From an uncultured Actinomycetota bacterium (lineage in GTDB: Bacteria > Actinomycetota > Actinomycetes > JAHEKZ01): 64,000 bases of DNA. A program made the translations under genes and the position numbers. Of the stretch, positions 29,220 to 39,534 are shown in pieces; position 1 is the first letter of the stretch; each line of letters begins with the position of its first letter. The notes under the pieces were generated by a model, which had not been told where the DNA came from, did not search any database, and saw only the letters and a program-made list of their open reading frames with translations. The stretch spans positions 160,001-224,000 of the forward strand of contig CAVURN010000003.1 in assembly GCA_963743915.1 (NCBI GenBank). Reading direction: 5' to 3'.

Positions 29220-30461
29220 ATGACGCAGCGAGTGGCCGTGGTCGGTGCCGGCATGGCCGGACTGGCAACGGCCTGGTTCCTGCAGGAGCACGGCATCGCC
29301 GTGACCGTCCTAGAGCGTGAACGGGTCGCTGCAGGGGCGTCCTGGGGCAATGCGGGCTGGCTGATGGCCGGCGACTCCACTCCTCTCCCGCACCCGGACG
29401 TCCTGCGCTACGGCCTGCGCGCCTGGGTCGACCCCTCATCGTCGTTCTCAGTGCCCTGGCGGGCGGACCTCGGTCTCTACCGGTTCCTGCTGCAGTTCGC
29501 GCGGCACTGCACCCGACGGCACTGGGAGGACGGCATGCGGGCGTTCGCCCCGCTGGCCAATGGCGCGCTGGCCGCGTACGACGTGCTCGAACAGGGGGGC
29601 GTCGCTCCTGCCTCACGCAGCACCAACCACCTGGCCTGCTTCACCGATCTCTCGCGCCGCGACGAGTACGCGACGCATCTGGAGCACCTCCAGCACTTCG
29701 GGCTCACCACCGAGTTCGAGGTGCTGGACGCCGGCGCGGCCAGAGACGCGACGCCGATCGCGTCAGCGGCGGTCCGGGGCGCGGTGGCCCTGCGCGGGCA
29801 GCGGTTCCTCGACCCCATGCTCGTCGTGCCCTCCTTGGCCGAGAGCGTCGTCGCCCGCGGCGGTGAGCTGCGGGTGGGAGTAGAGGTGAAAGGCGTTCGG
29901 GCAGGGGCTAGTGGCGTCGACGTGCTGGTCGCCGGTTCTCCCCCTCGCGTCGAGCGGTATGACGCTGTCGTGGTCTGCACCGGTGCCTGGTTGAGCGCGT
30001 TGGTGCAGCGACACGGCGTCCGCGTGCGGGTGCGGGCTGGACGCGGCTACAGCTTCACCGCGCGGCTCGATGTGCCCGTCGCCGACCCTCTCTATCTGCC
30101 GGAGCAGCACGTGGCCTGCACCCCGATGCGCGGGCGGCTGCGGCTTGCCGGGTTGATGGAGTTCCGTCGGCCAGGCGACCCGCTCGACCCTCGCCGAATC
30201 CGCACTCTGATCGAGGCTGCGCGTCCGATGCTCGAGGGCGTCGACCTGGACGACCGCGCTGAGGAGTGGGTGGGGCCGCGTCCCGTGGCGGCCGACGGAT
30301 TGCCGCTCGCCGGACCGACATCCACGCCGGGAGTCTGGTGCGTGGGCGGGCATGCCATGGAGGGCATGGTGCTGGGGCCGGTCACCGCACGGCTGGTGGC
30401 GGAGGGTGTGGCATCCGGTTCGGTGCCCGACGTGCTCAGGCCGTTCGACCCCCGGCGCTGA
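29220..30461 (+). CDS. FAD-dependent D-amino-acid dehydrogenase-like oxidoreductase (DadA family)
   Basis: 'VVGAGMAG', 'GASWGNAG', 'GRGYS', 'WVGPRPVAADGLP', 'GGHAMEGMVLGPVTA'. Confidence 0.88.
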   Translation: MTQRVAVVGAGMAGLATAWFLQEHGIAVTVLERERVAAGASWGNAGWLMAGDSTPLPHPDVLRYGLRAWVDPSSSFSVPWRADLGLYRFLLQFARHCTRRHWEDGMRAFAPLANGALAAYDVLEQGGVAPASRSTNHLACFTDLSRRDEYATHLEHLQHFGLTTEFEVLDAGAARDATPIASAAVRGAVALRGQRFLDPMLVVPSLAESVVARGGELRVGVEVKGVRAGASGVDVLVAGSPPRVERYDAVVVCTGAWLSALVQRHGVRVRVRAGRGYSFTARLDVPVADPLYLPEQHVACTPMRGRLRLAGLMEFRRPGDPLDPRRIRTLIEAARPMLEGVDLDDRAEEWVGPRPVAADGLPLAGPTSTPGVWCVGGHAMEGMVLGPVTARLVAEGVASGSVPDVLRPFDPRR

Positions 30462-30471
30462 CGCCGAGCGC

Positions 30472-30544
30472 CGCCGAGTGGCGCGCTCCATGCATTCTGG
30501 AGCTGATGTGGTCCCGCATTCTGCGCGCTGCGCACCACTCGGCG
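30472..30544. repeat. Degenerate REP-like element with CGCCGAGTGG...CCACTCGGCG ends
   Basis: Shares the GCCGAGTG terminal motif with 8521 and 13273; between convergent genes. Confidence 0.55.
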
Positions 30545-30556
30545 CGCTGAAGGTCG

Positions 30557-30871
30557 TCAGTCGCTCGAGGTGGTGGTGGCGAGGACGGTACGCAGCCGGG
30601 CACGGTTCGCCTCAGGCCCGGTCAGCTGGAGCCAGAGCACGCGTTCGTCGTCGGCGACGATGCCCACGTAGAGGGGGTAGGCGCCGGGACAGTCACACAT
30701 CGGCGGCACGATCAGCGCGCCCTTGGCGCCACCGACCCGCAGCGGGCTGACCACGCTGGGGCCGCCGAAGAACGGGTCGGGGTTGTTCGCCAGGTAGTCG
30801 GCGAAGCGCGCCGCGCCCGCTGACGTGGTGAACACGAGCACCCGGCTCTCCGCACCGGTGATCTCGGGCAT
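30557..30871 (-). pseudogene. Probable 3' fragment of an unknown gene (5' end lost at junction ~30866)
   Basis: GC3-biased frame 'PEITGAESRVLVF...PPMCDCPGAYPLYVG...TTSSD*'; its upstream DNA is aldolase coding sequence on the other strand. Confidence 0.5.
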
Positions 30872-31202
30872 CGCGCTCAACCTCGACGAGCAGCAGCGAC
30901 TCGTGGCCGACCTCGGAGACCACCACGCCTTGATCCTGCGCAACCACGGATTGCTGACGGTCGGAGAGACGGCGGCCCGGGCGTTCCTGCGGATGTTCTA
31001 CCTCGACCGCGCCTGTGAGATCCAGCTGTCGGCGGCCGCTGCCGGTCCGCTGCGGCTCCCCTCACCGGAGGTCTGCGAGTACACGGCCGGCCAGTTCGAG
31101 GGCACCGTGGTCGGAGACTACGGCGACCCCGAGGGGATGGACCTGGCGTGGCAGGCGCTGCTGCGTCTCGTCGAGCGCGTCGCCCCCGACTACGCCGACT
31201 GA
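30867..31202 (+). pseudogene. C-terminal half of a class II aldolase/adducin family gene (5'-truncated)
   Basis: 'GIALNLDEQQRLVADLGDHHALILRNHGLLTVG...FYLDRACEIQL'; no N-terminal 'NH.S.R' or 'H.H' region in any frame upstream. Confidence 0.8.
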
Positions 31203-31849
31203 TGACACGGCCGCCGACCCTGGCCCAGCCCTATCTCGAGGCAGCCGCGAGCGCTCTTGAGCTGGTCGGGCACCCCGAGGTGGAACGCTCGTGGACGGAG
31301 CCGAGCGCCCTAGCCGACCTGAGCATCGGCGCCCTTGCCGCCCACCTCACCAGTCAGGTGGGCAGCACGGAGCTCACCCTCGACCATGAGGTGCGCGCCG
31401 ACGGGCCGGTGTCGACCCAGGAGCACTACGCAAGGGTGGCGTGGCGCGGGGCACCACTGGACGAGGAGACGAATCTCTCTATCCGTTCGAGCTCGGAGCG
31501 GCAAGCTGCTGCTGGTCGCGGCACGCTGCTGCACGAGGCCGAGAAAGCTCTGGAACGGCTCACTGCGCGGCTGCACGCAACGGATGGCGACACGGTCGTC
31601 CAACCGCCGTGGACGAGGTGGTCCTTGCGTCTCGACGACTTCTTGCTGACCAGACTCGTCGAGATCAGCGTGCACGCCGACGACCTCGCCGTGAGTGTCG
31701 GCGTCCAGGCTCCGGGACTGCCGGACGTCGTGCGGTCACCGGTGCGCCACCTGCTCATCGATCTTGCCGCGCAACGGCACGGTGACACCGCGGTGCTCCG
31801 AGCACTGAGCCGGTCCGAACGTGCTCCCGGGACGATCGCAGCCATCTGA
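31202..31849 (+). CDS. Mycothiol-dependent maleylpyruvate isomerase N-terminal (MDMPI/DinB-like) protein
   Basis: 'WTEPSALADLSIGALAAHL', 'FLLTRLVEISVHADDLAVSVG'; TGATG coupling to the aldolase fragment. Confidence 0.85.
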   Translation: MTRPPTLAQPYLEAAASALELVGHPEVERSWTEPSALADLSIGALAAHLTSQVGSTELTLDHEVRADGPVSTQEHYARVAWRGAPLDEETNLSIRSSSERQAAAGRGTLLHEAEKALERLTARLHATDGDTVVQPPWTRWSLRLDDFLLTRLVEISVHADDLAVSVGVQAPGLPDVVRSPVRHLLIDLAAQRHGDTAVLRALSRSERAPGTIAAI

Positions 31850-31852
31850 CCG

Positions 31853-34066
31853 TCACCGCAGGACGCTTACCACCGACGAGTAGTCGTCGGTCCACAGAGG
31901 ACCCTCGCGACCCGCCAGTGACTGCCATCCATCCGCCAGCAAACCCTCCACCCGGCTGTCCGCGCGGGAGAGAACGATCCAGGTGGACGAGGTCGCACTG
32001 TCCTCCACCGGTTGCACATCCACGCGGAACGCGGCCGCGACGCCGGCCTCCCCGGCCAGAGCCGCGGCAACGGACACCAGATCGAGATGACGGTTGCTGA
32101 CGTGCAGCGCAATCACACCGTCGGCGTCGAGACGGTCCAGGTACAGGGCCAGCGCCTCGCGGGTCAGCAGATGCACGGGGATGGCATCACTGCTGAAGGC
32201 GTCCACGACGAGGACGTCGAAGGTGGCGTCGGGAAGCTCGTCCTGCAACACGAGACGTCCGTCGCCGACGTGCACGTCGACGTCCGGGCCAGCGGCGTCG
32301 AGATAGCTGAACCAGCGCGTGTCGGAGGCCACGTCGACGATGACCTGGTCGATCTCGACGACGTCAGCGGTGTCCTCGGGACCGACGTACGCCAGCGCCG
32401 TCCCGATCCCCAGGCCGACGAAGCCGAGAGAGCGGGGTTCGGCGTCGGGAGCGGAGGCCATGATGTCGCCGAGCGGGCCGCTGCGTGAGTAGTAGGTCGT
32501 CGGCGTCGGGTCCGCGCTGCCCCCCGGCCACTCCTGCCAGCCATGGATGGTGGTGCCGTGGGTGAGGATGTGGCGCTCCCCGGCCACCTCGATCTCGTAG
32601 GAGCCGAAGAAGGTGCGGTCGCGCCACGCGGCGTCCTGCCGGAGGAGCGGCACCGCCGCCGCGACCACGAGCAAGGTGCAGGCTAGGCCGGCGAAGACCC
32701 GCGGAACCGCCACCACCATCAGACCCGAGGTGACCCACGCGAGTCCGAGCACGACCGACGTGAGGACGGCCCACTCCGCCTCTGGCCACAGCTTCACCAC
32801 GACGGTCACGGCACCGACGACCACGAGGACCTCGAGCACCCATCCGAGGGTGCCGAAGCGGGTCAGGACCCGCGCCCGCGGAACCGGAAGACGGAGTCCG
32901 ACCGCGAGCAAGGGGATGAGCGCCAGCTGCAGTGCGTACTCCCATGGACCGTTGAACAGCAACGGCGCCACGACGCCATTCAGCACCCCGCCGAGCAGTC
33001 CACCGATCGAGACCACCAGGTAGAAACCGGTGAGATGTCGGACGGCAGGCCGGTCTGCGGCGAGCCGAGAGTGGCCTGCCATCCCCGTCATGAAGACCAA
33101 CGCCAGCCCGAGCGTGACATCGACGAGCACGGGGGTCTGGAGCCGCGGCAGCGCCAGGATCAGTGAACCGAGAGCCAGCATCGTGGCGAGCAAGACGGGC
33201 CAGCTCGGCGCGACCCGGCGGCGCTGCCCGAAGGCCACGATGAAGGTGAGCAGGTAGAGCGCCAGGGGGAGCACCCACAACAGTGGGATGGCCGCGACAT
33301 CGGTGGTCAGGTGCGTCGTGACACCCAGGGACACCCCGGCCGGAAGAAACGCCCAGAAGAGCCAGCGCAGCCGCCGTCGGGCATCGACGTCGCCGGCTGC
33401 ACCGAGCGGCCCGTCACCGTCGATCTCCGCGGCCGGGGTCGAGGTGGGAGCAGGGATCGTGGCTCCGCGACGCGCGCGCCAGACCGCTGCACCACACCCC
33501 ACCATCAGCAGCACGTAGCCGACGTAGCCGATCGACCACCACCGGGTCTGCGCCGAGAGCGGCAGGGTCCACTCGATCAGGAAGGGATAGGAGAGCAGGC
33601 CGATGAGTGAACCGGCATTGCTGGCGGCGTAGAGGATGTACGGGTCCTGCCCGACCCGCAGGCCCGTCCACGAGTACCACAGCTGCAGCACTGGTCCCGT
33701 CGTGGCGAGCACGACGAACGGCAACCCGATCGCGAGCATCAGTGTTCGGATCAGCCACCACACAGGGTCGACGTCGGAACTGGGTGCGGCGTCCTCCGGA
33801 AGAGCCAGGGGCAGGACCAGTAGCGGGAGGACGACCAGCAGGAGCTGGAGGGGAAGCTGTCGACGTCCGAGGCGTGATGCCGTCACGTGGACGAGCGCGT
33901 ATCCGACCAGGAGGAGCAGCTGGAAGAGGAACGTGGCCGTCGCCCACACCGACGGAGAGCCCCCGTAGCTCGGGAGGATCAGCTTCGTCAGCATGGGCTG
34001 GCACATGAAGAGCAGAGCGGCGCCCCACGCGATGGCGAGGGCGAACAACCCTGAGACGATCTTCAC
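31853..34066 (-). CDS. Multi-TM membrane protein fused to a spermidine-synthase-like SAM methyltransferase domain
   Basis: 'QPMLTKLILPSYGGSPSVW', 'PYILYAASNAGS', 'HGTTIHG', 'VGLGIGT', 'VEID', 'GDGR', 'DAFSSDAIPVHLLT', 'WTDDYS'; leaderless with TAGTCT -10. Confidence 0.92.
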   Translation of the reverse strand: MKIVSGLFALAIAWGAALLFMCQPMLTKLILPSYGGSPSVWATATFLFQLLLLVGYALVHVTASRLGRRQLPLQLLLVVLPLLVLPLALPEDAAPSSDVDPVWWLIRTLMLAIGLPFVVLATTGPVLQLWYSWTGLRVGQDPYILYAASNAGSLIGLLSYPFLIEWTLPLSAQTRWWSIGYVGYVLLMVGCGAAVWRARRGATIPAPTSTPAAEIDGDGPLGAAGDVDARRRLRWLFWAFLPAGVSLGVTTHLTTDVAAIPLLWVLPLALYLLTFIVAFGQRRRVAPSWPVLLATMLALGSLILALPRLQTPVLVDVTLGLALVFMTGMAGHSRLAADRPAVRHLTGFYLVVSIGGLLGGVLNGVVAPLLFNGPWEYALQLALIPLLAVGLRLPVPRARVLTRFGTLGWVLEVLVVVGAVTVVVKLWPEAEWAVLTSVVLGLAWVTSGLMVVAVPRVFAGLACTLLVVAAAVPLLRQDAAWRDRTFFGSYEIEVAGERHILTHGTTIHGWQEWPGGSADPTPTTYYSRSGPLGDIMASAPDAEPRSLGFVGLGIGTALAYVGPEDTADVVEIDQVIVDVASDTRWFSYLDAAGPDVDVHVGDGRLVLQDELPDATFDVLVVDAFSSDAIPVHLLTREALALYLDRLDADGVIALHVSNRHLDLVSVAAALAGEAGVAAAFRVDVQPVEDSATSSTWIVLSRADSRVEGLLADGWQSLAGREGPLWTDDYSSVVSVLR

Positions 34067-34141
34067 CCGGTGAGACTAGGGGCGCGCTCCCGGTCTCCGA
34101 AGCGCCAATGCCCCGGCACGTCATCCGAAGGGCCGAACCGG

Positions 34142-35837
34142 CTACGGGTCGTTGATGTCGACGAGTGCCTCCTCGATCGCGTCGATCTCGGCGGCGGGCA
34201 GACTCGGCGGTCCGAGGATCTCCGACCAGGCGGTGGCACTGACATCGCCGTAGATGTGGCCGTGCCCGGCCGGGACTCCGTTGGCGGCGAACAGGTCGAC
34301 GCTGGCCTGCAGGCCCCCGATGATGGGGAGCGCCTGCACCTCGGGCAGCACGTCGTCGCCCCGCGGGTCGAGCCAGGCCGAACGGTCCGCCGTCCACGCG
34401 ACGATCGGATCCGAGGAGTTGACGAGGTACACGATCCGGTTGTCGGTCTGCCACGTGAGCGACGGGTCGGTGATCTGCTCCGAGCGTGGACGCCACCCGG
34501 ACGAGCGCACCCGCGTCGTAGTCCGGGCGCCACAGCGGCGATCCGGGTTCGCGGTTGTCCTGCACGCGCTGCCACGTCGCGTCGAAGCTCGGTGGGCCGA
34601 TCAGCAGCGCACCGTTGGTCGTCGTGGACATGTCCTCGACGCTGGTGAACGCGCTGCCCGTGGAGAAGGCACCCAGGCTCTCGCCGTACACGTACAGCCG
34701 TGGTCGGTCATCGGCCGGCATGGTGTCGAGCTCCACCCGGATGGCGGTGAGCAGCTCCTCGGCGTTGGCCTGCGCACGTGCGCGGTCCATCAGGAACGAC
34801 AGCCAGCTCGGCAGGTAGGAGTACTGGGTCGTGACGGTGGCGACGTCGCCGTGCGCGGCGAACTCGAGCGCGGCAGCGGTCTTGGGGTCGATCCATCCGC
34901 TGCCGGTGGTCCCCGCGACCGCGAGGATCGACCGGTCGAAGCCACCGAGACGCCGGAGCTCCTCGACGGCCAGCTGCGCACGCTCGGTGGCGGTGTCAGC
35001 CGCCTCGAGGCCGACGAAGGCGCGGATCGGCTCGACCGCGTCCGTCACGCCGGTGACCTCGGCCACATCGGCGGCTGTCCTCCCCTGCCAGATGAACTGA
35101 CGCCCCTCGCGACCGATGGACTCCCAGCTGACCGCAGAGTTCGGACCGCCTGACCGGTAAGGGGACTCGGGGTTCTCGACTCCGGGCTTGTTGTCATCAT
35201 TGCGGACCGCGAAGGCTGCGTCGGCGGCCGTGAGAAGGTTGTCGACCAGCACACCGGACACGACGTACCAGGTGAGCAGAGCGGTCACGACCACCGCGAT
35301 CGTCGCCGCGAGTCGACCGGGGATGCGCAGTCGCTTGCCCAGGAAGCCGTACAGGCGCACTCCGATCCAGCGGACGCCCCGCCCAAGGGCGAGCAGAAGG
35401 GCCGCCAGCACGACGCTGAGCAGCGGAGCGAGGACCCAGACCATGGGGACGTCGTCCTGCAGGCCCAGGAGCAGCTTCTGGTCCTGCTGCCATCCACGGC
35501 CGAGCCACCCCGCCACGAGCAGACCGAGGGGCGCAAGCACTGCCAGTGCGAGCCACGCGACCCGCCTGAACCCTGCAGGCGCAACCGGCAGCTCCAGGCT
35601 GCGATAGGCCCAGCCGAGGAAGGCCCCGACGCCGTAGACCAGGGCCATCGTCACCCCGGTGAGGAGCAGCTGGACCGCCCAGCTGCGCGGGACGAGCGAG
35701 GGGGTGGTGGTCATCCATCCCGCAAGGGTGGCCAGCACCGCTCCGGTGAGGCTGAGTCGACGCAACCGGCGCCAGCCTCGTGGGTGGGTGACCGGGGCGG
35801 CGACAGGCTCAGCCGTCGCCTGCTTTGCGTGGGACAT
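34142..35837 (-). CDS. Membrane-anchored alpha/beta hydrolase, Abhydrolase_9-like (frameshift ~34485)
   Basis: 'TPSLVPR', 'WESIGREGRQF', 'TTGSGWID', 'QYSYLPSWLSF', nucleophile 'GESLGA', 'SDPIVAW', 'GHGHIY'. Confidence 0.9.
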
Positions 35838-35954
35838 GTGCACTCCTGCTTCGTGGGCATCGAGTCGTCGAGCCGCTCGGCGGTCATGATCGCGGAGAGA
35901 GGGAAGACCCGCCACTCACCGCGACCGTGTCGTGACCCGCGACGCCGGCCTCCG

Positions 35955-36662
35955 ATGGGTGCCGCGACGTCCGTGAAAGAGTGCGGCCGTGACCGAGCGA
36001 CCGAGTGGCGCGCGCGCCACCGTCGTGGTCGCGGTCGCGTGCTCGTCGTCCTGATGGCGGCCAACCTGCTGCTGGTCGCCCTGCCCTCGGGGTGGGACGT
36101 GGTGGCTGCCGTCCTCGGGTCGGTCGGCGTCATTGCGGTGGGCCGGTGGCGTGACCTCACCTGGAGGCAGATGGGGCTGGGGGCGGACACCTGGCGCAGC
36201 GGGCTTCGATGGGGCGCCGCCGCCGCAGCAGCGGTCGCCATCGCCTACGCGGTGATCCTGCTGCTGCCCTTCGGACGGGAGACCTCGAACGACCTCGCCG
36301 CGCCCGCGGGCGACAGCCTCTGGCTGACCGCCCTGCTGCTGATCCCGCTGCGCACGGTGATCCTGGAGGAGCTGACGTTCCGCGGCGTGCTGTGGGGCCT
36401 GATCGAGCGGAGCTCGGGCACGCGCTGGGCGCTGCTCGGCACGTCCGTCGCCTTCGGCTGCTGGCACGTCGCACCGGCCTTGTCGCTCGCCGACCGCACC
36501 GGGGGCGCGACCGGGCTCAGCGTGCTCGGCGTCATCACGTTCACCGGGCTGGCCGGGATGTTGCTCGGCGAGCTGCGCAGGCGCAGCGGGAGCGTGATCG
36601 CTCCCGCTGCGCTGCACTGGGCCGCCAACGGCCTCGGGCTGGTCGTCGCCTCCCTCGCCTGA
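35955..36662 (+). CDS. CPBP (CAAX-like) intramembrane metalloprotease (start approximate)
   Basis: 'EELTFRG', 'FGCWH', 'HWAAN'. Confidence 0.9.
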   Translation: MGAATSVKECGRDRATEWRARHRRGRGRVLVVLMAANLLLVALPSGWDVVAAVLGSVGVIAVGRWRDLTWRQMGLGADTWRSGLRWGAAAAAAVAIAYAVILLLPFGRETSNDLAAPAGDSLWLTALLLIPLRTVILEELTFRGVLWGLIERSSGTRWALLGTSVAFGCWHVAPALSLADRTGGATGLSVLGVITFTGLAGMLLGELRRRSGSVIAPAALHWAANGLGLVVASLA

Positions 36663-36665
36663 GGC

Positions 36666-38350
36666 TCAGCCGAGCGGGCGGGCCCGTCCGTCGGTCGGGT
36701 AGGTCTGCTCGATGCCCATCGCCTGCAGGATCGTCGGCATCACATCCGGTGTGTGGAACGTGGCAGCCAGTCGGCCCGCATCCGGCCATCGACGGCGACC
36801 AGAACACCATCGGCACCCGCTGCACGGACTCGCTGGCACCGCCGTGGTCGCCGTAGGCGCCGTAGCTCACCTTGTCGCGCAGCAGTCCGACGATGTCCGG
36901 ACCGTTGGCGTCCGCCATCGTGTTGACGATGGTCTGCGCCGTCGACTTGAACCATGCCCGCTCGCCTGCGGGAATCGCGTTCTTGTCGAACAGCACGTAC
37001 TTGCCGCCGTTGCGCCAGTAGGTCGCGATCACGCCGGGGAGCGTCTTCATGACCTTCAGCGCCTCGTTGCGCTTCGGCTTCGACGCGTCCTTCAGCCACG
37101 TCTGGATCGACGTCGACTGGTAGCTGAACGCCACGTTCCCGGTGTCGACGAGCGGCTGGATCGACGGCGACGGCAAGTTGTAGGGCGTCGGCAGCGAGTT
37201 GGGTCCGTAGTACCAGTTGGTGTCGCTGGACGTACTCCCCGCGGCCGTCTTGCCGTAGAAGTCCTCGCCCCACGTGGCACCGTGGTCGGCGGTGAGCACG
37301 ACCAGGGTGTCGTCGAGCTGACCGAGCTCCTCGAGCTTGTCGAGCATGCGGCCGAGCTGGACATCGGCAAGCTCGGCGTTGTACTGCACGTGGGTCTGGT
37401 AGTCGGGCGAACCTGGGAGCGACTGGCGGTCGTTCTGTGCGCCCCACATGTGGCCGGCCTTGTCGATGCCACCCATGGTGACGAACATGCCGGACCAGTC
37501 CTCGTTCTCCATCATGGCCATCGCCGCGTCAGCCACCCAGACGTCGCCACCGAGGTGCGCGTGGTCGTTGCCCGGCACGAACCGGTTGCCGTCGAGCGGG
37601 TAGATCCACGACGGGAAGGCAGCATCTGTGCCGTAGGTGTTGGTGCTGTCGGAGTTGACGAACCAGCGTCCGCACGGGTCCTTCAGGTACGACGGCACGT
37701 TGACGCCGGACGGGAGAGCGGTAGCGCCCGCCCAGGGCGATCTGGCAGGGGTCGGCGGGGTTGTTCGCGCTTCGACTTCCGAAGCGCACGGCGATGTCGG
37801 TGCCGTCGCCGCTGAATGTGTCCCACGCAGACTCGGCAGCCGCGGACTCGACGGCGTATCCCTTCTGCCCGACGACGATGAACTTCTTGCCGGGCTGCGC
37901 CTCCTGCAGGTAGTCGGCGAGCTTGGGGTAGCCCTTGTCCTTGATCAGGGTGCCGTACTGGGCGTAGCTGAGCTCACCGGTGATCCACATCTGGTTCGTG
38001 TCGCTGCTCAGCAGCCCTTTGCGGTCGCGGTAGGCCTCGTCGACCCACCCCATGTTCCTCGGCGTCTGGCCCGACATCAGCACGTTGTGCGCGATGACGG
38101 TCTCCGAACCCATGTAGTTCAGGTACGCCTTCGAGAAGCTGGTGCCCTCGCCTTGCAGCGCCCTGAAGTTCGGCATGTTGAAGCGAGTGGCGTACTCCGG
38201 CCGCATCTGGTCGAAGAGCACGATCAGCACCTTGCTCGGCGGATCCGCACTCGGTTCCGCTTGGGCGCTGCCCCCTCCGACCAGCGCGGCTGACGCCAAC
38301 GCGGCCGAGGTGGTGAGAGCGATCAGGACTGGGCGAATTCGTGGGGTCAT
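36666..38350 (-). CDS. Secreted alkaline phosphatase / nucleotide pyrophosphatase superfamily protein (frameshifts ~37710, ~36780)
   Basis: Signal peptide, 'LFDQMRPEY', 'SETVIAH', 'IDKAGHMWG', 'LTADHG', 'GDHGG', 'DVMPTIL'. Confidence 0.88.
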
Positions 38351-38391
38351 CGCGCTGCCTCTCGGAGGGGTTGCGCGGGAGTCTGTACCCG

Positions 38392-38407
38392 TGTGACCCA
38401 GGTCACA
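38392..38407. promoter_or_regulatory. Perfect CRP/GlxR-type site TGTGA-N6-TCACA
   Basis: TGTGACCCAGGTCACA, 41 bp upstream of the phosphatase start. Confidence 0.7.
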
Positions 38408-38515
38408 ATATGAAGCCTCACTCGCGAATCTCACTACATCTGTGGGTTCGCGGCGTTCGTCGGTTTCGTCCCCCACGGGCAGACACGACGTGGCACCGTG
38501 GGCGCAGGAGGTGTC

Positions 38516-38902
38516 ATGGCGACGTGGGCGACGCTCCGCTCGATCGCGCGTGCGCTGCCCGAGCTGGAGGAGCAGGCGCCGCGGGACTGGCGGGTCCGCA
38601 ACAAGATGGTCGTGTGGGAGCGGCCGCTGCGCGCATCGGACCTCGAGGCGCTCGGGGAAGGCGCACCGACCGGCGACATCGTCGGTGTCCGGGTGAGCGA
38701 CGAAGGCGTCAAGCACGCACTCATCGCCGACGACCCCGACGTGTACTTCACGACCCCGCACTTCGACGGGTACGCGGCGGTGCTGGTGAGGCTGGCCGCC
38801 ATCTCCCGATCCGAGCTGGAGGAGATCGTCACCGAGGCGTGGCTCGACCGGGCCCCTCGCCGGCTGGCCAAGCAATGGCTCGCACACCGCGACGGAGAAT
38901 GA
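38516..38902 (+). CDS. MmcQ/YjbR family protein
   Basis: 'MATWATLRSIARALP', 'WERPLR', 'FTTPHFDGYAAVLVRL', 'EAWLDRAP'. Confidence 0.9.
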   Translation: MATWATLRSIARALPELEEQAPRDWRVRNKMVVWERPLRASDLEALGEGAPTGDIVGVRVSDEGVKHALIADDPDVYFTTPHFDGYAAVLVRLAAISRSELEEIVTEAWLDRAPRRLAKQWLAHRDGE

Positions 38903-38979
38903 GCGAAGTCTCGTAAACCCCGAGCCCTCGCCGAAGCGACTAAGGAGGAGAACCGTCCACACTGGCAGGTGACCTTCTG

Positions 38980-39534
38980 ATGGACGAGGTGTCAGGTCCC
39001 GACACTGACCACGCTGCCTCCACCGGTGAGGCGCCGCGCGTCGAGACCTTCACGGCCCTGTTCCGGCGGGAGTACCCGAACCTCGTCACACTTGGATGGA
39101 CACTGACCGGTTCCCGTGAGGCCGCCGAGGACATCGCGCAGGACGCGATGACCGAGGTGTACCGGCGGTGGGACGACCTGGGCTCCATCGCCGACCCTCA
39201 TGCCTACCTACGGCGCATCTGCATCAACCGGGCTGCATCGTCCTTCCGTCGTCGCGCAACCGAGCTGCGCGCTCTTCTGCGTCTGTCGTCCGAGCGGCCA
39301 CGGGCTGACCTGCTCCCGGACGAGTGCGAGGCGTTCTGGTCAGAGGTGCGCGCGCTGCCTCGTCGGCAAGCACAGACGATCGCACTGTTCTACGGCTGCG
39401 ACATGTCGGTCGACCAGGTCGCCGAGACTCTCGAGATGGCACCGGGAACCGTCAAGTCACACCTGAGCCGAGCACGGAGCTCCCTCGCCGAGAGTCTTGC
39501 CGCGCGTCAGGCTGAAGAGGGGGTGGCGCGGTGA
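38980..39534 (+). CDS. ECF RNA polymerase sigma factor (SigE-like)
   Basis: 'AAEDIAQDA...RW...AYLRR', region 4 'LPRRQAQTIALFY...VAETL...GTVKSHLSRAR'. Confidence 0.93.
   Translation: MDEVSGPDTDHAASTGEAPRVETFTALFRREYPNLVTLGWTLTGSREAAEDIAQDAMTEVYRRWDDLGSIADPHAYLRRICINRAASSFRRRATELRALLRLSSERPRADLLPDECEAFWSEVRALPRRQAQTIALFYGCDMSVDQVAETLEMAPGTVKSHLSRARSSLAESLAARQAEEGVAR

Noticed and set aside
34121-34136. TCATCC-N4-GGCCGA as another copy of the 17-bp motif
   Set aside because: Wrong spacer and about 42 bp from the -10, unlike the 22-24 bp of the other sites
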